Source: Lytechinus pictus (taxonomy: Eukaryota). From it: a stretch of 64,000 bases of DNA. The DNA lies in NCBI RefSeq assembly GCF_037042905.1, contig NC_087251.1, positions 12,154,001-12,218,000 of the forward strand, in the 5' to 3' direction. The translations under genes were made by a program, and so were the position numbers. The notes beneath the pieces were generated by a model that was not told the origin of the DNA, ran no database searches, and was given only the letters and a program-made list of their open reading frames with translations. This document shows positions 22,707 through 35,756 of the stretch, piece by piece; positions within the stretch are counted from its first letter, which is position 1, and each line of letters begins with the position of its first letter.

Positions 22707-25700
22707 CACTGAACTAGAGATACGTGGAAGTCGTGTTCACCCAAGCAAAACATCGCCGGCGAACTCGATAAGTCACGTGACCGCCGCCATTTTGCTAGGT
22801 CAATTGTTCGAGAACGCGCCGTAGAAGGCAATTGAAAGTATGTGCAAGATGCAGTATGTTTTCTCTATAAATATAAGATTAATACTGATGTACTACCTAG
22901 TGTGGCAAAGTGTATTTTAATGTCATTAAGCCAATCATGTACAAACATATTTCTATATGCACTATGTACTGGGACCTGGTAATTCATATAGTTTAAAAAA
23001 AGGGTTTAAATCAGGGTGACCAGATTTCAAAAAATGAAATACGGGACAATCCATAAAAAAAAGATAATCAAAGAAGGCTACACAGTATTATACTTGTGAA
23101 AAAAAATATAAAGAATTGGAAGGGAGGGTGAACGAAAGAATGAAGGAGAGAAAGAAAAGAAATGAAATGAGAAAGAAGAAAGAAAAAATGAAGGGGAAAA
23201 TGAAGGGGAAAACATGAAAGAAAGTTAGAATAATTAAAAAGACGATGAAAGAAAGAATGAAAGAGAAAAAAAGGTTTCCGTCATTCGTTGAATTCATTGA
23301 ATATAGAAAGAAAGAAAAAGAAAGAAAGGGAAGATGTGTGACAGACAAAATAAAGGTGAGAAAGAAAAAGTAAGAAAAAGAAGGGAAACAAAGAATGCCG
23401 GAAAGAAAAATGTTTTCATTCTTTGAAAGAAAGAAACGAAGAAAGAAGAAAACATGAAGGGGGAAGGAAGGAAGGGAGGGAGGGAAAGAAAGAAAGAATT
23501 AGAAGGAAAAATAGAATAAAGAATGAAAGAAAGAATGAAAGAGAGGGAGGAAAGATTGGAGGGATGAGAGAATGAAAAAAAAAATAATGGAAGGAGAGAA
23601 AAAACGAAAAGAAATTAAAGGTGAGGAAGGGAGAAGGAAGTAGATAAAAAGGGCAGATAAGAGAAAGAAGGAAAGAAAGAAAATTAACACACAGACTGGA
23701 TCAGGAAAGAAAGGTAGGAAATATTAAAAGATAGATGGAACAAAAAAAAGCAAGCAGGAAGGATAAAAGGATGAAGAATAAAAACGAAAGAGGAAAAAGT
23801 TCAAACTTCAAGCAAACAAAAGCAATCCAATCATCTAACAGAAATAACAATGATATATTTGGTGTTTTTTATCTTTAAAATTTTGAAAAACTAAGTGGTT
23901 TAGAAATGAATAAAATTTCAAAGTGAAACATTGTCAACTTACAAATTAGAGGAAACAGCGCCGGCATCCTACACAACAAGACTCAAAACGAAAGCTAAAA
24001 CAACTACATGTAGATCCAGTTATGAAAATTAAAAAACTTGTTCCTCCTATTAAATCAGTAATCTGAGAATCTATAATATATGATCATAAAAATTTCCCGC
24101 CGAATTTGCGATTATTTTGGTGGAAAAACAGTTTATCATGTGAGATTGTTTGCACCATTGAGAATCTGCTCCGATCCTACATGCATAGAGCCTGCCACAC
24201 ACAGGCAGGAAGCCAGCTCGTTTGCAATGTAGGCCTATTGGGTTAGGATAAAAATCACCCACAAAACTTTGCAAAAGTTTAGTTATCGATTTATTGTTGT
24301 CTCTGCTTCGTCATCTGTTAGGTTATTTGATGAAAATTCGTCACTTTTAAATGTATCAACTACATTTTGTTCAATATTCTAAAAATACGGGACAGATAGG
24401 TGTCCCGGAAAGGGTTTGTCGGGACGCCGGGACAAAGGAGCAAAATACGGGACGATCCCGGGAAATACGGGACGTCTGGTCACCCTGGAAATATTTGACA
24501 AGAGGCAGTGGCCTTTTTGTGCAATTTTTTACATGTGGAATATTTCATATATACTGACCAGGATATGCATATAATTATCTGGTATGTGAAAATAAGCGAA
24601 ATTTAGTGCCACAACTTTTTAAATGGAATTACCATTGCTATGTTTTTCTGATCTGTGCTCTAATTAGTAAACTTGTTAGAGTTGAATTTGTTTATCCATC
24701 ACCCCTTCCTTTATGTAAAGGTGTATTGATGTATAAGCACATGTCGTGCAACATCCATGCTCTTCCAAATTAAATTTCATAAGAATTCAAATTATATTGT
24801 GCCCATTTTTATATACACTGTACTTAGTAGATATTTCATGGCTGAGCACACGAAGGTCCAACTTTGAAGGCTCATTAAAAGTAACAACCTTCTTGTCCTC
24901 AAACTTCTATCAAATTTTTCACCCTAAATGTGTGATTGAACAGTATGAGAGGGAGGGAAGGGAATATTTACTCAAAATTTATATAGAGAAAGTTGAAATG
25001 AGAAAGGCAAAATGGTAAAGATGCAGCCGGAGAGAAAAAAAGAAACAGACGATCAACGAGAAGAGATGGAAAGAAGAGGAAGATCAAAGAGAGAGAGGGA
25101 GAGAAAGGGGGAAATGACGAGGAATGAGAAAGAGGTGAGGAGAGAAAGGCGAGACGAGAGGGAGATAAGAGGGCTTGATATAAGGGAGATGGGGAAATAA
25201 AAGAGAGATATAAGGGGGATATATAGAAAGGGAAGGTAAGAGAGAGAGAGATGAGAAAGAAGAGGAAAATCAGAGAGAAAGATGCCAAAGAGAAAGGAAA
25301 AATAATAAAGAGGGAGATCGAGATGATATAAAGGGGAGAAATAAGAGAGAGTTGTTGTTGGGCCTTTCTTTGTCATAGTGTGCGCGTGAAAAAGGTCGAG
25401 TTTTTATGATTTCATGTCTGTATATTTACTCCCCTTTAATACAAAAATGTGACTAAATCAACATTTTCAGTTATGAAAGTATTCAATAACATATATTTCA
25501 TGATGTAACAAAGCAAACTAAAACTTTAAACAGCACAAGGAACACTTTCTTTGCGTTCCTTTCTCCCATCTGCCTTCACGCAGCATTTGTCGACTAGCCA
25601 GTATTGACCTAGCAAAATGGCGGCGCGCTCAGTCGAGCGTGAAGTCCGATGCTCTTCGTTGCCGCACGGCTTTGTGTACGTTGGGAATAGGGACACGTAT

Positions 25701-25722
25701 TCCACGTATCTCTAGTTCAGTG
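22707..25722. mobile_element. Non-autonomous hAT- or P-type element
   Basis: 23-bp TIR CACTGAACTAGAGATACGTGGAA; 8-bp TSD GTTAGATC (22699..22706, 25723..25730); subterminal inverted CGCCGCCATTTTGCTAGGTCAAT. Confidence 0.85.
23012..24487. mobile_element. hAT-like element with CAGGGTGACCAGA TIR, containing a purine-rich tract
   Basis: CAGGGTGACCAGA...TCTGGTCACCCTG with subterminal ATACGGGAC repeats; TSD not preserved. Confidence 0.7.
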
Positions 25723-27579
25723 GTTAGATCCCACGTTACATATGAGGCGCCGATTGTACCAATATGATATAGAACAATTATTTGTTACATAATCATTATT
25801 CATTAAATAATAACTATTATTTATATATAATTTACATTCTATTTGTAAATAATTACTATTACATAAAATAACATTTCTAATTATTTATATATATAATTCC
25901 AAGTAATACTTCATTACTTGTAAATAATAATAGTTCGACATTCCATTATTTATAAATAATGATTATTTGTTTTTCATTATCTATAAATAATAATTTTTGT
26001 GTTTCATTATTTATAAATAATGACACTGCATACTTCATTATTTATGAATAATTGCAATTCGTTTTTTAATTATTTATAAATATGTTTGTCGAGTTTTCTA
26101 TTATTTGTAAATGATAATTATCTATTAACAATGTCAGTGCACATTTCTTTATTTATAAATAATTTGTTGAGTTTCCCATTATTTATAAATAATGAAAATT
26201 CATCGTGTTTCATTATTCATAAATAACATTTTTGTTTGAATATCCCATTATTTATAAATAATCATTATTTATAAACGATTTTTACAGTTTGCCATTACAT
26301 ACAATTAATCGTTATTCATATACAAACAACCATTATTTATAAATAATGAAAAACAAATAATCATTATTTGTAAATAATGAAAAACAAATAATCAGTATTT
26401 ATAAATAATGAAAAACAAATAATCATTATTTATAAATAATAGAATGTCGAACTGTTATTATTTACAAATAATGAAGTATTACTTGGAATTATATATAAAT
26501 AATTAGAAATGTTATTTTATATAATAGTAATTATTTACAAATAGAATGTAAATTATATATAAATAATAGTTATTATTTAATGAATAATGATTATGTAACA
26601 AATAATTGTTCTATATTATATTGGTACAATCGGCGCCTCATATGTAACGTGGGATCTAACTCAGCTCGACTCACGTTAGCTTGCTCCATGCAACCGATGC
26701 ACGTCGTGTCCGACCGCGGCCGGGTCCGGCCGCCTTGGGGCCATTGCATGCAGGCATGTCCGCATATGGGAATGATACGATGTAATATCGATGTGGCAGA
26801 TATGGCAAGTTCCGACTCGGAGTCCTCGTATAAGACACAGTAGAAGTCCGGATCTATTCTAAGTTAGTTGAGCCACATGGCTGATATGCTTGTTTGTTAT
26901 GTTAAAACAGTAGTCGAGTACATCTTATTTAAGGCACTTGCCGGCTTAAAACGAAACTCGAATTTCAATTTCATTTTATTTTCCCAGCGTGTTTGTCCCA
27001 TTGAAGACACCGTTAGAAAAAAAATCGCACCGAAATGAAAAAAAATCGCCAAAAATAAAAAACGCGTGTGATTACCAACGCGACGCGAGTGATTACGAAC
27101 GCGAGTGAATATAATAAGCCGGTCTGGTTCGGGTTTCTTATCTCTTCTCTTCCCATCTCTCCTTCCTTTAAACTTGTATTGTCTTTTTCTCTTGCACAGC
27201 ATATTTTTATTTCTTCCGTTTCCCTCTTCTTGCACAGCAACAGCCAACAGGAACAGAAGCATGGCGGCGTGTCTACTCTTTTAGCGTATCTATACTAGTG
27301 TAAATCTTCCCAGCTCCGACGGCTGATTTGTCTTACTTTCCATTCAGCTCGTTATGCAACGATGACATGTTGTCTCTTTCATCACAACACGGCGCTACGT
27401 TAGAAAACCCCTATTATGATGCTTATATATATATATATATATATATATGACTACTTGAATGATAATACTGCTTATCTTAATTAACTCAAACTTTGACCAA
27501 AATTAATACTTCACAGTATTTACAGAACAATTAAAATTTTAAATCTTTCATTCATTCTAGCAGTCTTGAAGAAGATATT

Positions 27580-29095
27580 TTTCTTCTCCATCTTAATATT
27601 TTTAGTGCCAAGATAAATTTGGATAAGTTAAATTATTTCTTGATAATAATCAGTTTCCCAAACACTCAATCATTGGATTAACTGAAACATGTTTCTCGGA
27701 AAAGCCTTGTTCTCTTTTTGCACTCCCCGATTTTAATCTAGTTGTTAATAACAGAACTCTTAGACCCGGTGGTGGTGTTGCACTTTATACCCCAACAATA
27801 CAATACGAATAATCTTATATAAATAATATGACTTTATCCAATGATGCTTTAGAATCACTCTGTTGAAATCATCAACCCCAAAGGAAAAAATCTGATACTG
27901 GGAGTTTTACCGCGACCTCCAAATTACTCAAAATTTTCTGGAAACCCTCAATGACTTTTTACTCAATCCATTTCTGAGATTGTTTTTTATTGGGGACTTC
28001 AACATCAATTTAATGAATTGTAACACTAACAATGTCTCGCAAGAGTTTCTCGAAATGTTTTTGACTAATTCTTTCTTACCAATAATTACTATAAACCAAC
28101 GAGAGTGACTAGCACTTCTGCAACTATAGATAATAATTTAGTTATGTAACTTACCCTACCCCCAAAGCTGGTATAGTCCTTCAGTGATATTTCTTATCAC
28201 TTTTTCAATTTTTGCGAAGTTGTCTAAAAAGAAACTTTTTAAGAATGAATCATATATTACTTCCTATCGTAAAATAACCGATGATAACATTTCCCATTTA
28301 ATCAATGATTTAGACAATACAGACTGGTCGACCAATTTTTACTCCACAGACGTTGATGTAGCTTACGACACTTTTATAACCAACATGACCAATTTAACAT
28401 CTTCTTTAGCTAGACACCCACGTTCCTCTTATTACCAACCGAAAATCAAATTATAAAAAAATCCCAATACATCCCTGGATTACTAAATCTCTCTTACGAT
28501 CTATTAACCATAAAATAACCTGTATTATAAATATATCGCTAAACCAAGCGAAAACTCTCGTTCTAAGTACACTTGTTATAAAAACACCCTTACCACATTA
28601 TTACGTATTGCCAAAAGGGAATACTACACTTCTTAATTTAACATCTACAAAATGATATGAAAAATACATGGAAGATTATCAATAATGTACTCAACAAAAA
28701 AAAAGGTCTACAATCACAAAAATGAAATCAAACAATATACTATCACAGACGACACTAATATAATCACAGGAGAGTTCAATTCATATTAATTTTTTTCAAA
28801 TATTGACAACAACTTGGCTAAAATATATCTCGAACTAACAAATCTTTTTCCAATTTCCTTGACGACTCTAACCCCAATTCCATGTTTTTTTTATCCTATA
28901 AACTAATTCGATGGAAATCGTAAATATAGTTAGCAATCTACAGAATAAGAAAAGCCCCGGGTACGATAGTATACTTAACTTTCTACTACAAAAATTATTA
29001 CAGCCATCGTTGACCCATTGGTATTAGCACTGGACGGGTCCCCAATAAAATGAAAATCTCCAAAGTCATCCCACTGTTCAAAAAGGGTGATAGCT
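27580..29095 (+). pseudogene. Degenerate CR1/L2-like LINE ORF2: AP endonuclease through start of reverse transcriptase
   Basis: Frameshifted motifs IIGLTET, GGGVALY, IGDFNINL, KPTRVT.TSAT, PWITKS, KSPGYD and KISKVIPLFKKG. Confidence 0.85.
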
Positions 29096-29333
29096 ATATA
29101 TGGTGGCCCTGAGGGGACATCGCAAATAGACCAAATCGCGAATATTCACGACGAAATTCACGACGTCGCCAATTTCGTCGTGAATTGGTTTTGCTTGCCT
29201 GGGCGGTATGCGGGTTGAAACCAATTCGTCTGCTGCTAATTCCTCCACTCACAACAGGGTCTACATTCATTTAGTCTAATGCAATTCTGTTCATTAACTT
29301 TTCGCCTAACAACCATAATATGGTCAAATAACC

Positions 29334-30820
29334 GGTGACCCGACAATTGCTCCGCCGACATCTGCTCCGTCGACAATTGCTACGCAAAATACGACAACTG
29401 CTCCGCCGACAATTGCTCCGGACAGGTGCTCCGCCGACAGTTGCTCCGTCGACACTTGCTCCGCCGATATTTGCTCCGTCGACACTTGCTCCGCCGACAC
29501 TTGCTCCGCCGACATATGCTCCGCCGACATTTGCTCCGCCGACATCTGCTCCGCCGAAAATTGCTCCGCCGACATCTGCTCCGATTATACGACAATAAAA
29601 TTGCTCCGCTGATATTTGCTCCACCGACATCTGCTCCGCCAAAGTCAATATTTGCTCCGCCGACATCTGCTACGCCCGCCGAAAATGGCTCCGCCGTACA
29701 TTGCTCCGATAATGCGACGACTATTTATTTATTCGTATATATTACTGGTATACATATTATTGTCTTTTACAAAAAACATTATTTGTTTAGACGTTATGAG
29801 AGAGATACATACATTATATTCATTTATCAAAATATATTTAAATTGTCGCTATTGCACAGAATAGAACAAAATACAACCGAAGTCTAATTTTATAGTGACT
29901 CACCAGTAGCGTAATGAGCCAACAACAAAAATGGAGGGGGCCATACAAGGATGACATTTATTTTCCTTTCCTTTATTATTTTTTTCAATTGGTAGGGAGA
30001 ATGGGGGGATCCGTGACCTAGCACGCCCCTCCCCCATCTGTACGCCAGTGATGATCATTGAAACAAATTGAAAGAAAAAAGGTGCAAGGGTAGATAAGGC
30101 CCAAGACGTAATAAAAAATATTGATAAAAATTATAATGCTGATAATGAAAATAAATGGCGTGAAAGAACAAAACGAGAAAGAGGGAGAGAGAGGAGAGGG
30201 GAGCCCGCACGAATGTATGGTGTATAAGTATAAGAAGAGATATTGTGTCCAGCACCCCCCCCCCCCCCCACATTCTCTCCCCGCTCAAGACCGGATTGAA
30301 ACCAATGATAATAATATCCAGATTCACAATCTGCGTTACAATTTGTCAAGTGTCAGCGGCAGGGAGAACAATATGTTTTTTAAGCAGAAAGCTGTGATGA
30401 TGGGGGGAGAATGAAATAAATAAATAAATAAAACATTAACGAATAATAAGAACAAAACAATTTGTTAGATGTTCGTGCAATTTTGTTATCTGAGCACATG
30501 ACGGCGGAGCAATTGACGGCGGAGCAATTGACGGCGGAGCAATTGTCGCGGAGCAATTGTCGTATAATCGGAGCAGATGTCGGCAGAGCAATTATCGGTG
30601 GAGCAATTGTCGGCGGCGCAAATATCGGCGGAGCAGATGTCGACGGAGCAAATATCGGCGGAGCAAGTGTCGACGGAGCAAATATCGGCGGAGCAAGTGT
30701 CGACGGAGCAACTGTCGGCGGAGCAACTGTCCGGAGCAATTGTCGGCGGAGTAGTAATGTCGTATTTTGCGTAGCAATTGTCGGCGGAGCAAATGTCGGC
30801 GGAGCAATTGTCAAGGAACC
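29334..30820. mobile_element. Palindromic MITE with 15-bp GACA(A/T)TTGCTCCGCC subrepeat arrays at both ends (Mutator- or Merlin-like GG..CC termini)
   Basis: Forward array 29340..29710 and reverse array 30500..30812; 8-bp TSD AAATAACC at 29326..29333 and 30821..30828; inserted into another repeat spanning ~29213..31066. Confidence 0.8.
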
Positions 30821-32063
30821 AAATAACCATTTGGTACAGTCATCACTTCGTCTAATCACCACTTCGTCTATGACCATTTCGTCTCATAACTAGTTGGTCT
30901 AATTAACACTTAGTTCAATTAGACCAAATGGCATATGGAATAAATGGCAATTGGACCAACTGGTTATTAGACGAAATGTCAGTAAGACCCGTGTGGATAG
31001 TGGACGAACTGATGGTAGACCAAATGATAGCAGACGAGTTGGCATTAGACCAACTGAAAATAAACCATGTCCACTGCTATCCATATGCATAGACGGATCC
31101 AGGGGGCCGAGGGGCCCGCCCCCCCCCCCCCCCCCCTATTGGCGGAGCAAAAAAAAAAGGAAAAAAGGAAAGAAAGAAAAAAATAGAGGGAAAAGAGAGT
31201 AGAAAAAGAAGAGGAAGAGACGAGTGAATAAGTAATATGAGGGCCGGGAAGACATGGAAATAAAAATAATATTTCATGTCACTGTATAAAATTTTCGCTC
31301 GTGCTTCGCGCTCGCATTAGTGCGTTATGGTGTACTGTGTAATCCCGTAGGATTTTTTTTGCCAAAATTGATTTTTTTTTTTTTTTTGGCTTCAATAGGG
31401 TCCCTTTAGACCAAAAATAATGGGGTTCAAATTTTCAGACCCCTCCTTCCCTTCGTGGGGGTCCTTTTTGGCGCCATAGTGGCATGTACAAAGCCCAATA
31501 GGATAATCCATTGTTTTCAACCTTATTTCTCACTTTTCTTGGCCAATTTTATTTTTAAGTTGTCTGAGGTGTACAAGAATGAATATTTGATAATGTGATG
31601 TCAATGTTTTTTTTACTTTTACCATATGGGGGCGGATTTTGCGAAAAATGCCCACAAAATTACCCCAAAAATGTAATTTTCCCCCTTTTTGGCACTAGAA
31701 TTGGAACAAAAAAATACATAATGAAATGCATATGTCTTGTTATACAGTCTAATAACAGAGGAATACATCACATGTAATTTATATGATTATTCTTGGTCAA
31801 TTGATATAAAAATCAACCCCATTTCAGGATTTTATGCAGTGAAAACCTTACTACAACTACAGATGGCGCCATAACTTATCATGATGATATTAGTGTGGTA
31901 CGGTATGTTATGAGTCCTGCTAGGACTTTAGTGCCAAAATTTTGCTTTTTTTCATTATGGATTCCCTTGGGTCCAATCTATCAGGAAGTGATAGGGTTCA
32001 AATTTTCAGAACCCTCACCCACTGCCTGAGGGGGGATCACCTATATCAATACCCCCTAAAATA

Positions 32064-32611
32064 GGTTACACTTCGTAATTCCGAAGGTTCGTAATTCCGA
32101 AGGTTCTTTATTCCGAAGGTTCGTAATTCCGAAACACGTAAATTGCCTATACCTTGATGTTCGTTAATCCGAAAACGTAAAAGGGTTCGTTAATCCGAAC
32201 ATTTGTGGCGTTATTCGGAAGGTTCGATAATCCGAAAACGAAATAAGCTTCGATGTTCCGAAGGTTCGTTAATCCGAAGGTTCGTTAATCCGAAAACGAA
32301 ATAAGGTTCGTTGTTCCGAAGGTTCGTTAGTCCGAAAACGAAATAAGGTTCGTTAATCATTTCGTTTTCGGACTAACGAACCTTCGGAATTACGAACCTA
32401 ATTTCGTTTTCGGATTAACGAACCTTCGGAATTACGAACCTCACTTTGTTTTCGGACTAACGAACCTTCGGAATTACGAACCTCATTTCGTTTTGGGACT
32501 AACGAACCTTCAAAATTACGAACCTTCGGAAATACGAACCTTCGGAATAACGAACCTTCGGAATATCCGAACCTTCGGAATAACGAAGCTTCGGAATTAC
32601 GAATGTATGCG
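32064..32611. mobile_element. Palindromic MITE built of TTCCGAAGGTTCG subrepeats
   Basis: Array flips orientation near 32355; CCTAAAAT on both flanks. Confidence 0.8.
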
Positions 32612-33199
32612 CCTAAAATCAGGTGTATTAGCAATTTTTCGCCTGAATTGTTTTGTGGTATTTTATCATCGCTAGACAGCTAGAATGCTTATATCTGAAG
32701 ACTTCCAGTGAGATGATCATCCTACCAACCATATTCCTTACCCCTCTCCTACCCCCCCCCCCCCCCCCCCCCCCACTGCCTGGCACAACTTTCACCATTC
32801 GGCCACTCGTTCTAGAGTACAATTTACGAATAAAGGACTTCTATTCAAATTGTCAATTATAATACTTCTCGGCTCATTTCCAATTACTGATAGACAGAAA
32901 GAAAAACATGTGAACTATATTTTATGCCCCCCCCCCCACACACACACAAGCACACACATGCACATAATCAGTATTGAAATAATATGTAATGTTTTATTTA
33001 TTGACCTTCACAAGATTTAGAGAACTTCCGAACTTATACACCTGCTTTGTGCCTCAATTCTACGGTAGGGCCTACAGACTATTCAATGTACGACCAAAAA
33101 TACCCTTATCCGGAAAAATTGCAACAAATTGTTTTTCAACAGTTTTTAGTACTATTTGACCTCAGGAATAATATACTAAAAATCTACCAAAATCCACAT

Positions 33200-35390
33200 C
33201 AGGGAAAGTGGTTATTTCCAAGATAGCATCCAAGATGGCCACAATTCACTGAAAATTAAATGAATACGACTCACTCATTATCCACCCTAGAATCCTATAA
33301 TTGGTTTCATACTACATGGTCTAGGAGGTAAAATAATTTGTTGACCCCGGGTAGAGTGAATATAAGGACCCCAGGGTACCTGGAAAATCCAAGATGGCAA
33401 CAAAAATGGCTGCCGCGTGCTAAAAATCCACAATTTGGTTTCTATTCAATGATTTTAAGGGTGAAGTAATTGGAAAAAGTTAAAAAAAGGACAGTGAGTG
33501 GTCTGGTGGGTCCAAAAATCCATGATGGCTTCAAAAAAATTACTCTGAAATGGCTGCTAAAACAGACGCTGATTTCATATCGACCAAGGAAATGTGATTT
33601 CGATGTTTAACTTTAAACCATTGGTTACAAGGGTCAAGTAAATATAAGGATAAGTTACAAGGACAGTCAGTGGTCTGGTATGTCCATATACATCCAAGAT
33701 GAATTCCAAAAATTTATCTCAAAATGGCTGCTGATACTTAAGCGGACATAGTTTTTTTTTCATATCGGCCAGGGAGATATCATTTTGGTCTCTAAACCAC
33801 TGGTTTTAAGGGTCAAATAATACATTAGGACAAGTTAATAGGGGCAGTCAGTGGTCTGGTACGTCAACAAATGTGATATGGCCTCCAAAATGCAAGGTCC
33901 AAATTGACTGTGATTCTTAAAAGTAGACATAGTTCATTAGAAATGCACATTGTGGATTTGATTTTGGTGTCAACACTATAGAGTTTAAAGGGTTAAGTAA
34001 TATATTGTGTCAAGTTGAAAGAACAGTCGGGTGTCAAGTTTGTCAAAAAATCCAAGATTGCTTTAAAGAATGGGGTCTTAAATGACTGCTGTTACTTAAA
34101 AGTGGATATAGAACAGTAAACATACACCGGGGGATACTGTTGGTGTCTACACTAGTATTTCGAGGGTTAAAAATACTTAAGGACTGGTTACAATGATTAT
34201 GCAGTTATCCATTTTGCCTTAAAATCCAAGTTAGCTTCCAAAAATGGGTTCTAAAAATGACTATTGTTACTTAAAAGTGGATACATCATTCATACAATAT
34301 CCATCTGTGAAAAATATTTTGGTGCCTACACTTAAAATTAGTTACAAGGGCAGTCAGCGGTCCGGTATGTTGAAATATCCAAGATGGCTTCCAAAAATGG
34401 AGTTTGAAATTGCTGTTGCTGCTTAAAAAAACCCGATATAGTTTGTAAAATATCCGGGAATATGATTTTTTTGTGTCTATTATAAATGGGTCAAATAATA
34501 CATTAGAATAAGTTACGAGAAGAGTCGTTGGTCAATTATCTTAAACAATGTAGTATAAAATAGCCACTGTTATTTACAAAATGGACATGACTGTAATAGC
34601 AATCAAGGATATGGTTTTGATGTCTAAACCATAATTTTTAAAGTCAGGAAATTAGTTACAAGCGTTGGAGCGTGGCCCAGTGGATTAGTCTTCTGACTTT
34701 GACACAGAGGGTCGTGGGTTCGAATCCCAGCCATGGCATAATTTCCTTCTGCAAGAAAATTTATCCACATTGTTCAGCACTCATCCCAGGTGAGGTAAAT
34801 GGGTACCCGGTAGGAAGAAATTCCTTAAAAGCTTGAGCGCCTATAGGCAGCCCATTTAAAGCAGGGGTAATAATAATAGCAGCTGGGCCCGCTGGGAGAA
34901 CAGTTTTCAAAACTGAAGTGGCTTCCCCAGGTAAATATACCTATATTATTAATATTATTATATTATAACAAGGACAGTCAGTGGTCTATGTCGAAAAATC
35001 CAAGATGGCGTCAAGAAATCTGAGTCTAAAGTGACTGCTGTTACTTAAAAATGGACATAGTTCATTTAAAATCCAAAAGGACATATGATTTTGGTGTCCA
35101 CTCTATGGTTTCATGATTAAAATGATACTTTTGACTGGTTACAAAGATATGCACTTGTCCATTTTGCCTAAAAATCCAAGAGAGTTTCCAAAATGGCATC
35201 TAAAACGACTCCTATCACTCAATAATGGTCAAAGTTTATACAATATTAATCTGTGAGAAATAATTTTGGTGTATACATGGTGGTATAAAGGGTCAGATAA
35301 TACATTCGACAAGTAACAGCGATAATTAGTTTTCCATTTTGTCAAAAAATCCATGGTAGATTAAAAAATTTCTTCAAATGGGTGATGTTA
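33200..35390. repeat. Diverged ~130-180-bp tandem array (AAAATCCAAGATGGC core); inverted units at ~40500..40760
   Basis: Core recurs near 33226, 33387, 33517, 33693, 34050, 34223, 34377, 34997 and 35173. Confidence 0.7.
34667..34965 (+). mobile_element. tRNA-derived SINE
   Basis: Box A TGGCCCAGTGG, box B GGTTCGAATCC, core CACTCATCCCAGGTGAGGTAAATGGGTACC, (ATT)n-like tail. Confidence 0.85.
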
Positions 35391-35756
35391 CAAACTCATG
35401 AATCAATATGATAACTTATCCCATACATTTCGTCGGCGGTCATCCGAACCGTCGTATCAGTCAATTTTGGTCCAAAAAAAAAGATTTTTGCAGAAATTTG
35501 AAGTACAAATCCTACTCTATTCGTAACTAAATTTCTAGGCAGCAGTTTATTTCATTTTTTGAGATATGAGAAGATTTTCACGGCGATGCCATACATTTTT
35601 TTAATAAAATGCGCAAATGGAAACATACGTACTATAACAGAGCGATACGACGTTTTGACTGACCGCGATTTCAATGCGCGCGCGCGGTCAGCCAAACTGT
35701 CGTATCGGCCATCTGCACTGCATTGACTTTGCACGTGAAAAGCGATACGTTTTGAC

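Larger units (their letters stand above)
22249..27110. mobile_element. Fold-back element with ~0.7-kb arms and AT-rich CATTATTTATAAATAATG central subrepeats, interrupted at 22707..25722
   Basis: 22290..22706 plus 25731..~26000 is the reverse complement of ~26380..27060. Outer ends approximate. Confidence 0.8.

Noticed and set aside
23088..25376. Phe/Leu/Ser-rich membrane-like ORFs
   Set aside because: Antisense translations of GA-rich low-complexity tracts.
29271..30893. APPT / SAEQ / LLRRH ORFs (also 41946..42481)
   Set aside because: Products of 15-bp MITE subrepeats read in several frames on both strands.
34667..34740. tRNA gene (also ~50605..50677 on the minus strand)
   Set aside because: A and B boxes continue into a SINE core and AT-rich tail; no clean cloverleaf or terminator.
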